From positions 39,866,001 to 39,930,000 of the forward strand of contig NC_043007.1 in the NCBI RefSeq assembly GCF_006345805.1: a DNA stretch of 64,000 nt, read 5' to 3'. Below, in pieces: positions 54,560 through 64,000 of this stretch (the stretch's first letter is position 1; every line of letters starts with the position of its first letter). Below the pieces are notes generated by a model, which did no database searches, was not told the origin of the DNA, and saw only the letters and a program-made list of their open reading frames with translations. The stretch is from Octopus sinensis (Eukaryota). The position numbers and the translations under genes were made by a program.

Positions 54560-54835
54560 GGCTAAATTTCAGGCTCGTGGCCGAGCTTGAGGCCAGGATC
54601 AAGGAGGTATTCTAAGATTTTCCAAGTGACACAGAGAAGAAATCAGGCACTAAGTTCCTGGGCTATCTGGAAGCCGTAGTGAGAGGTGAGGGCGGATACT
54701 TTGAATATGCTGCTATTTTCCAGGCATAATCTAGCTGATATTTCTTGATTTCTTAAAATAATCTGAGTTTTGGATGTAGTACTGTTCTCTTTTCCTTTTA
54801 TGCAAACTGTTAAATTTAGCCTGCACAGCCTGTAT
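54560..54835 (+). mobile_element. Tc1/mariner transposase C-terminus plus right end
   Basis: ELEARIKEVF*DFPSDTEKK..LEAVVRGEGGYFE at 54583-54705; ends ..acagcctgta. Confidence 0.7.
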
Positions 54836-54928
54836 TTTTTTATGTTCGCCGTTTTCTCATTTCTTTAATTCACATAAGCATAAGGTCATAATACTGAATA
54901 TAGATATGTATGTGTGTGTGTATATATA

Positions 54929-54973
<45 letters not shown>

Positions 54974-55006
54974 GCACACACACACTCATATATATATATA
55001 TATATA

Positions 55007-55510
55007 ATATAATATAATTCGAGACAATTGTTTTTTGCTTGTTGTTTTGGGGTTTTTGTACATTTTTAAATATGAGAACTTTTATAATAGGTTTTTATAT
55101 TCAATTGTTTATAGGGTTTATTTTAGATTATTTTAGATTATATATTGATTATATATAGATTATATATAGATATATATAGATTATATTTTTATTTTTTTAT
55201 TTTTTTATATTCTTTCATTGATAATTTTATTATTTTTTATTATTATAAATTATTTTAAATTATATTTTAAAATATTGATATTTTAGTCGATCGAAAATCC
55301 ACCTGAAGATTGTCGGTAGCAGACATGAAACATTTGTTAGTGGCGGTTTATTTAATTTATATTAAAATTTTATGTATTGATTAAGTCTTTCCTTGTTTGG
55401 TTTTAAAATAGTGGTATTGTCTCGAATTATATTATATAATATTTTACTATAAAATGGATTTAACCCTAAATCTGATTTTTCCCTGTAATTTTGGATTATT
55501 CCCTAATATT
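55007..55510. mobile_element. (TA)n-flanked Penelope-like element with a 22-bp inverted repeat (55007-55028 / 55416-55437)
   Basis: ATATAATATAATTCGAGACAAT and its exact reverse complement; internal hammerhead-like motif. Confidence 0.6.
55299..55343 (+). ncRNA. Near-canonical minimal hammerhead motif
   Basis: CCAC-CTGAAGA-T-TGTC-ggtagca-GACA-T-GAAA-C-ATTT-GT-TA-GTGG; one extra base at the cleavage site and a U-U at 10.1/11.1. Confidence 0.5.
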
Positions 55511-55520
55511 TATTAATTAT

Positions 55521-55557
<37 letters not shown>

Positions 55558-56110
55558 TATTGATATATGTTATATATAGATATATGTATGTGCATATATA
55601 TATATATATATATATACAAATATATGTACGTTCGTATGTGTGTGTGCGCTTCCAGCGCATGCGTGGTATATTTACTTTTATAAGTACAAACACATGCAGC
55701 ATATAGAAACGTACGCCTGCGCGGGGGAGATTATATATATATATACACTTTTGTATCAGACACCTGGTCTGTTTACCTTCCCGTCTTTCCTATCATTAAC
55801 TTTACTGGTCTCAGATTCTATTTGCTTCCTTCCCCTGTCTTTCAAACGGCGCTCAAGTGACACTTACTCGAAACTCGAACGATAACGTAATGAAAAACAA
55901 CCACAATGAAAAACACAAACAACTCACACAAACACACACAAAAGGTGTGCAAGAGCTAAGGTAAACTTCGCAAATAAAGTCAATCAATATAAACTAGTGT
56001 TTATTACATGTTCAATCGTGACTGAAAAGCGGACCAGAGGCACATACCAGTGTTGTTTTAGCAAACACTTAGAACTGATTCTGTAATTACACTCATTTTA
56101 TCATATATAT

Positions 56111-56144
<34 letters not shown>

Positions 56145-56360
56145 CATATATATATACACACATATTAATATATATATATATATAATATATAGTATGATGT
56201 ATATAAGTATATATATATATATATTATATATATATATTTACATGTATATATATACATATATATATATAAATGCACATATATACATATATATTTCTATAGA
56301 TATATATGTATATATATATATATATATGTATATGTATATATGTATATATATATGTATATA

Positions 56361-56403
<43 letters not shown>

Positions 56404-56465
56404 ATATATACATATATACGTACATATATACATAAATACATATGTGTGCGCGTGTGTATGTGTGT

Positions 56466-56500
<35 letters not shown>

Positions 56501-56569
56501 CTCTTATCGATGCGGCAACGTAAGAAAACAAAAATATTCAAATAATGGAAGGGAATGGAACAAAGAAAC

Positions 56570-56605
56570 CTAATAATAATAATAATAATAATGATAATAA
56601 TAATG

Positions 56606-56657
<52 letters not shown>

Positions 56658-56685
56658 TAATAATAATATAATAATAATAATAATG

Positions 56686-56740
<55 letters not shown>

Positions 56741-56751
56741 TAATAATAATG

Positions 56752-56791
<40 letters not shown>

Positions 56792-56811
56792 TAATAATAA
56801 TAATAATAATG

Positions 56812-56897
<86 letters not shown>

Positions 56898-56935
56898 AAT
56901 AATAATGATGATGATGACTATGATGATGATGATGA
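56570..56935. repeat. (AAT)n grading into (GAT)n
   Basis: Directly visible. Confidence 0.95.
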
Positions 56936-57411
56936 GTTGTAGTTGTAATAGTAGTAGGAGATGGAGGAGGAGGAGGCGGAGGAGGAGGGAGGAGGAGGAT
57001 AGTGGTAGTTGTGGTATGCTGGCGATAGAATGGAAATTGTAGAAAAAAAATAACTGCTAGAACTTTGGCGTATTAAATCAATTTTGGGTTGTAGTTTTTT
57101 TGTTTTTTTTTACCCTACTTTGTGTTTTTTGTTTTGTTTTGTTTTGTTATGATTGTGCGTGTGTGTGTGTTTTTTTTTTTTGTTGTTTTTTCCTAGTTTC
57201 ATTCAGGTGTTTCATTTGTTTATTTTCCTCTTCCTTGCAACTCTGGATATTGTTCCTGAAGTCGGTAATCCATTCGTCCCGGCCAATGGAAATCAAACGC
57301 GGCTGCAATTCGGCTTTGTTTTTTTTGCTTCTCGCCCACTCGACGTCTTCGCTCTCCGATCAGCAATTTCCTGTTGTTTGTCTTTTGTTTTTCACGCGCG
57401 CGCGGGCGTGT

Positions 57412-57429
<18 letters not shown>

Positions 57430-57448
<19 letters not shown>

Positions 57449-57612
57449 CAAACGTGCACATGCACGAACACACACACACGCACATGCACACACACACACA
57501 CACAAAAACAAACGTGCACATGCACGAACACACACACACGCACATGCACACACACACACACACAAAAACAAACGTGCACATGCACGAACACACACACACG
57601 CACATGCACACA
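57430..57612. repeat. Perfect 60-bp tandem repeat, three copies, CA-rich
   Basis: Sequence lines 57421, 57481 and 57541 repeat with period 60. Confidence 0.9.
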
Positions 57613-57702
57613 CCACACTCGCACGCATATACACACACATAATAAAATCCACAAAAAGCCTTGATCGAATGCTATAATACTTGTTGAAAATCATACCACG
57701 CG

Positions 57703-57744
<42 letters not shown>

Positions 57745-57819
57745 CACACACACATGTAAATGAATGAATAAATATATACAAGTATATGTAGATGCATACA
57801 TATATTTACAAATATATAC

Positions 57820-57854
<35 letters not shown>

Positions 57855-57855
<1 letters not shown>

Positions 57856-58128
57856 CAATTAAGGACAACTACTAATAAAGGAAAACTTAACAAGAAATTG
57901 TCAGGTAGATAGCGTAAAAACCTCATAAGAGAAAAAATTTCGAAAATAATATTATTCTTATTGAATATTAATTTATATATAGAGGGCATTACATACATGC
58001 CAAACGCTAAGAGGGACAATTAGTCATTTCTACCAAATGGTAGAAATGACTAATTGTCCCTCTTAGCGTTTGGCATGTATGTAAATGCCTTCTGGCATGT
58101 ATGTATAATGCCCTCTATATATAAATTT
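57855..58128. mobile_element. Collapsed palindromic copy of the 35355-36051 family, lacking the ribozyme
   Basis: 57855-58035 is the reverse complement of ~35840-36051; inverted at TCTACCA-AA-TGGTAGA; flanked by (TA)n. Confidence 0.85.
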
Positions 58129-58676
58129 ATATATATATATATATATATACAAAGAATATAAATACATATATGTATGTATATGCATATGAATGTACGTATG
58201 TATGTATATATGTATTTATCAGTATATATAAACAAACTCTATACCAGAATGAGATGGAATCTGTCCAAATGGCTCTAGGTATATTGTAGGTGGAGTTCGT
58301 TGAACAGAAATGATCTGATAACAACTATATAGACTACACTCAGAAGTGAGAACTGAGCTGTGTTATTATTGCTTCTAACCCGAGCTCAGATTCGACCGAA
58401 CAAACGCACGATGAAATCCATCATTTCAAATGTGACCATCTGGTCATTTTTTTAGATCGGTCTAGTGCGCCATTCTCTATTTTAAAGACAGTGTATTTGT
58501 GATTGAAAGGAAATTCAGCTTCAGATCACGAAAACACCGTCTCCGATGTACATATTTGCTGCCTTAATCGCATTCCGCGTTACATCTTCAGTAACAAGTC
58601 CTATGCTAAAGTGACGGCCTCTGCTCATTATCTATTTATAATTAAACCAGCCTCATTAAAAATTATGTGAAAAATA

Positions 58677-58711
<35 letters not shown>

Positions 58712-59774
58712 GTAAATATAGGTGCTGTTTTATTCCAGTTCCTGGCCTAGATGAACAAGCACTAAACCGGTTTCTCTTTGAAATGAATCTGGAGTAGGAA
58801 TGCCTAAAGGGTTGTATCTGTCATATTCTTGTTTGGGGGTGAGTGGAAAAAGTTTCTTCACTCCCGTTCAAAATATTAGTGAACCGGGTGAGTAGCTTAA
58901 ATTTCTCTGCTGTACACATGTGGCAATATCTACTGCAACCGTTGCATGGCTTCGCATTTAGAGTTTTACTCCATTTGATTGTAGGTATCTTAATTTTTTT
59001 GTCCTACGAATACAAATATTCGTTGATAATGCTGTGGATATTCATCTGCTTATCCGTCAGCAAGCTCGATGCATATTTGCATCAGCTCGAAACACCAACT
59101 TCAACATCTATTCATCATTATCATTATGTATTCATCATTACCTCTACAGTTATATTTGTGTTAGGATAATTTATAACAGCTAATATAAACACTGGTCTCT
59201 ATAAGAAAAGAATGTATCTTTTGGAATTTTAGGAAAAATAGCACTATTTCTGAGGACACCTTTATATTGTATGGTAAGTTTAAATATTATTATTTTCTTG
59301 TTTCATCGATTAGAGTTTGACAAGGTATATATACGTTAGCTTCTCATTGAAATACCTGCTTCTTAATAAAGTTATATAGCATGGGTATGCTTCACCAAAT
59401 GATATGGGTAGTGCATACCCGTATTCGGCTCTAGTGTAAAGCCTGCGAAATTTACTCTTTTAAGTTAAGCGTCTATGTTAATCAGTAGATTAATCTACTT
59501 AAATATGTTAATTAGTTTTTTCTACATTTTTCTACTATTACAAACCCATTGACACAAGTTTCTTACAAGCTTATCTTCTGGAATCTAATAGTTTGCTGCC
59601 TTTGTCCATTTCCTTTTTACATAGGATTAATCAGTATACATTAATAAAAAGCATTATAACGTTATACGTATGAGTCTTTAGCATTAAAAACAGCCGTCGT
59701 GAACTGAAGCATCCACCATAAACTTCTATTTTTAACTATAAGCCCTTTCGCATTGTCGTTCATTATGGTGTATA

Positions 59775-60006
59775 TGTTTCTTTATTACCCACAAGGGGCT
59801 AAACACAGAGGGGACAAACAAGGACAGACAAACGAATTAAGTTGATTACATCGACCCCAGTGCGTAACTGGTACTTAATTTATCGACCCCGAAAAGATGA
59901 AAGGCAAAGTCGACCTCGGCGGAATTTGAACTTTGAACATAACGGGAGACGAAATACGGTTACGCATTTCGCCCGGCGTGCTAACGTTTCTGCCAGCTCG
60001 CCGCCT
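59775..60006 (-). mobile_element. SINE family B
   Basis: Colinear with 50478-50697. Confidence 0.87.
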
Positions 60007-61179
60007 TGTCGTTCCTTATGGTGTATAATAGTTAGCTTGTCTTCTCATATGTATAAGTTATTTTGTCTAATAATAATTTGCTGTGTGTATTTCAGTTAAG
60101 CTCATGCAAATTTTCACTATATACTTGCATGGATATCATGCTACAATGTTTAAAACGTACTAACTGACTTTCACATATTTACATTCCTGTCACTATGTTT
60201 ACGCTCACAGTATGAAAGGCTGCAAAAGCGAAAAATGACGACATTGAATTCTGAATTTTTAGTGTCAAATTTGCGAATTTTATATTTGAATTCACGGATT
60301 TTATATTTGAAGTTTAAATTTACATTAAAAAAATTGTATAACCATTCAACAGCTAGGCTTTTTTTTTTTGTAATATGCAAGCACACTTAGATCAAATATT
60401 TGACGCAGTCAATATCCAAACTATTAAATTAAAGAATTACACATTTACAATGAAACAGCCCAATTATAAGAGACGAATTTTAGTTTGTTTAGTTCAGTTA
60501 ATGTGGATTTCTTATATCTGATATATTTATGGAAATAGTTGCATTTCTTAAAACTTCTTGCTGGAAATTTTTATGTTATTCAATCTTATCCTGTCTTCTG
60601 TTGTACAACTGTTGCGTGTTTCCAACTCATTAAGGTACGCCCTGCTCTTCCATAGCATTTTCCATTGATATCCAAACCAACAGTGCGGTCTTTCAAATGT
60701 TTGATGTAACTCTACATTGTCTGATGTTTGAATGAACCATGATGATGCGTAAAGCAAGCTTTCAACATACCTTTGCAATACTTATGCCGTGTGGAATGGT
60801 TATATTTAAGATATAGATGACTTCTATTTGATATAAGATCGCTTCCGCATTACAAGAGTGATCAAGTAGACATACATTTGTATTTCTACATACGTTTTTA
60901 GCCTGCGTTAATTTACATTCGTAATTAAGATAGTTATTAGTTCTCGCTGAAAAGTTTTCAGTAGCAGTTGCTAATAGAAAATTTTTAGCAGCGTTTTACT
61001 TAATGTTTGTGGAAAAAAAGGGTTTGAGCTAATAATCCTATGGGATCTCTTTTAGGATTACATGGTGGAAGGATGCAGTTGTAGATACTCTCATCTTTGC
61101 AGAAACAGTTAACTCAATTTTAGCAAAAAGAGACACTTGTGGATGGCTTTTGTTGGATGTGAGTTCAAAGATTTTCCAA

Positions 61180-61285
61180 GGCTATAGAAGAAAAGACTTA
61201 CCCAATGTGCCACACAGTGTGGCTTGAATCCGGAACCATGTGGTTGGGAAGCAAACTTCTAACTACCCACCCAATCCTGCGCCTA
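61180..61285 (-). mobile_element. SINE family C head fragment
   Basis: gtgccacacagtgtggcttgaatccggaaccatgtggttgggaagcaaacttct. Confidence 0.65.
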
Positions 61286-62344
61286 TAGAGAGATTTAGAA
61301 ATCGAAGGATAAACGTCGACTATGTCAAATTGACTAAACTTACAATCGTTTGTTGCTAGCACTTATAAATTAGAGCATTACCGTTATTCTATTTCTGGAA
61401 TCTATTTGCTTTCAGAACGCTTTTATCAATAATCCTTATGATAGTGTTCTTTACTAATCCTATTTCGCTTTTCTTTTTCGTTATTAATTAACATACATTT
61501 GATACACAACAGTATTATTTTTGTGATCATTTATTGTGATATACGATTCACGTTTCACTTACCATTTAAACATATTAACAACTTACTATTTTAGCTGAAT
61601 TGCTTACTGAGAATTTATATATCATTCCGTTTTCACAAGTCTTTTTGTAATTTTGGGTAGTTTCTATTATGCAATTGTTTGTAGGTAAATTTATTAAGTT
61701 TGTGATATAATATTACCAAGCGACATGTGACCTTCCTTGATCAATAGCAGCGCATCTTCTTGTAGTCATCTTGGACTTCCTAGACCTCTCCATTCATCTG
61801 GCCATTCCAGAAGCCTGGCGAAGACGGGTTTCGTTAGGGGCATGCAAAACTTACAAAACTTTTTTTCTGCCCGTCGCTGACTCTTGAATTGCATAAGCTT
61901 TGGAGAAAAGATACATCTATTCTACGGACTGATTCTTTACTTATCGGATCAGAAACATGTGCCCAGGTTTTATTTTCTCTCAGCACATTGGTAAAAAAAA
62001 AAAGAAAGAAAAAGAGAAGAAAATGTGTTCCCTGGCTTTCAAATGCTTCCAGCAGAACAAATCAAATTTCCACTCTTCTCTCCTTCAAATCGGGCTCCGA
62101 GGTATCCACTTCACACAGACTTTCCAATATCTAACATTTTTTCTAATGCATTGCTATTATATTGTGACTACAGTCTAGTTGCTCGGCAAGTTTGTGTATT
62201 GTGATTCACCTGTCCACGCGAATCTATTCGTCAATTTGCTGGTTATTCACGTCAGAGTCAGAAGTTTATGGTCACTGAGTAGTTTTTCTATAATATTGGT
62301 TTATCTGTAATGTTAGTTTGTCTTCAATGTTGGTTTTTCCTATA

Positions 62345-62530
62345 CGGCGATGAACTGGCAGAATCGCCTGGCAAAATGCTTTGCGGCATTTCGTTCGTCC
62401 TTACGTTTTCTGTTCAAATTGTGCCGAGGCCGATTTTGTCTCTCATCCTTTCGGAGTCGATAAAATAAGTACCAATGGACTTAGCCTAACCCCAAAATCT
62501 ACTGGGTTTGTAACAAAAGTTGAAACCAAT
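62345..62530 (+). mobile_element. SINE family B
   Basis: Family B consensus with internal deletions. Confidence 0.78.
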
Positions 62531-62661
62531 CTTGGTTTGCCCTTCTTTAAACTTGTTCGCCTGTCTGTAAAATGATACTCTTCACAGTGGTGGTATTTCC
62601 TTAAACAAACTCCTCCTTCATCAATGGTTTATTATGTTGCTTCAGCTTGGAGGTGAAGGAG

Positions 62662-62980
62662 CACTCTGTCGGTTGCGATGACGAGGCTTCCAGCTGATAC
62701 GATCAACGAAACAGCTTGCTCGTGAAATTAATGTGCAAGTGGCTGAGCACTCCACAAACACGTGTATCCTTAACGTAGTTCTCGAGGAGATTCAGCGTGA
62801 CACAGTGTGTGACAAGGCTGGACCTTTGAAATACAGGTACTACTCATTTTTGCCAGCTGAGTGGACTGGAGCAACGTTGAAATAAAGTGTCTTGATCAAG
62901 GACACAACGCGCCGCTGGTAATTGAACTCACGACCTTACAATCATGAGCCGAATGCCCCTAACCACTAACCCACGCGCTT
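62662..62980 (-). mobile_element. SINE family A-related copy
   Basis: Colinear with 13487-13812. Confidence 0.82.
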
Positions 62981-63091
62981 GGAGGTAGTGCTGGATGAAC
63001 CACTGAGCAATATAATATATATTAGCGACAGAGGCAGTAGCAATACTTAGGACATCAAGGGAAGGGGGTACCCTGAGACCCCTTTCGGTCA

Positions 63092-63372
63092 TGAATTACA
63101 ATGGAATTGCACCTAAAAAGTTACCCTCCCTGGCACAAGTCCGGGCAAGGTTGTTTATAGAAGACCAGCAGTCGCCCATGCGTACCGGCCTCCCTCTCCA
63201 CGCCACCAGTGTTATCCAAGGGAAAGGCAAAGGCCGATACAGCTTGGCACCTGTGACGTCGGAACTCATTTCTACAGCTGAGTGAACTTGAGCAACGTGC
63301 AATAAAGTGTCTTGCTCAAGAACACAATACGCAGCCTGATCCGGGATTCGAGCTCACCACCTCGCGATCGTA
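63092..63372 (-). mobile_element. tRNA-headed SINE, same subfamily as 17583-17888
   Basis: Colinear with 17583-17888. Confidence 0.85.
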
Positions 63373-63646
63373 AGGGAGTACTATAGAAACGGTACGTGGT
63401 GTAAGGCACAAAAGAAATAACTTTAAACTTGCTAAAATAATATTCGGGATGCCTTATCTCTTCTAAGCATCGAAGCGAATGTGTCACGTATTATTAATTT
63501 TGAGGATCTGGCCAAAGACTTTGCAATCGAAAAGTAGGAGAAATCTAGTGGAAGTATACAAAAATATACATTATTTTCTATTTTACTATTAGTTTTGTTT
63601 CATTTAAAAAATTAAAATGTATTTTATGGCTTATCATTGCTTATAT

Positions 63647-63860
63647 GTGGAGGCGCGTGGCTTAGTGGTTAGGGTGTTAGCATCATGATCGTAAGATTGT
63701 GGTTTCGATTCCTGAACCGGGCGACGCGTTGTGTTCTTCAGCAAAAGACTTCATTTCACGTTGCTCCAGTTCACTCAACTGGCAAAAATGAGTAAAGCTG
63801 CGATGGACTGGCGTCCTGTCCAGCTGGGGAACACATACGCCAGAGAAACCGAGAAACTAG
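63647..63860 (+). mobile_element. tRNA-headed SINE with a further 3' variant
   Basis: ggaggcgcgtggcttagtggttagg..ggtttcgattcc head plus the shared central core. Confidence 0.82.
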
Positions 63861-64000
63861 GCTTTAAAAGGGCGCATTTTTTTCATTGCTTATATTTCAT
63901 TAAATATATATGGGGACACCAAAATCTTTTGAGTGCTTAGGGTCTCAACGGGCCGTAATCGAGCCCTGCTTGGAAGCGATTGTCCGTCAGTAGATAAGAA

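Overview
AT-rich eukaryotic DNA packed with microsatellites and transposon debris. The (TA)n/(ATAC)n/(ATAG)n/(AAT)n landscape and the repeat families suggest an octopus-type cephalopod genome (inference, not checked). No host gene can be identified with confidence; there are only weak minus-strand exon candidates, and most listed ORFs are microsatellite artefacts. Supported content: (1) a ~9 kb (AAT)n landing pad at 23.76-32.75 kb holding one near full-length R4/Dong-type (RT + RLE) non-LTR retrotransposon, several truncated relatives and two copies of a non-coding ~555 bp element; (2) at least three families of tRNA-headed SINEs; (3) mariner/Tc1 remnants, a pogo-like MITE, a non-autonomous Helitron and CR1-type LINE ends; (4) several unrelated palindromic elements sitting in (TA)n tracts. 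The palindromes are the most interesting signal. At 35.4-35.9 kb each ~200 bp arm carries a fully canonical minimal type I hammerhead ribozyme pointing outward. At 46.7-47.4 kb each ~317 bp arm carries a variant hammerhead in the same outward arrangement. A third, near-canonical hammerhead lies at 55.3 kb. These look like Penelope-like pseudo-LTR or retrozyme-type elements in an inverted sense/antisense layout.
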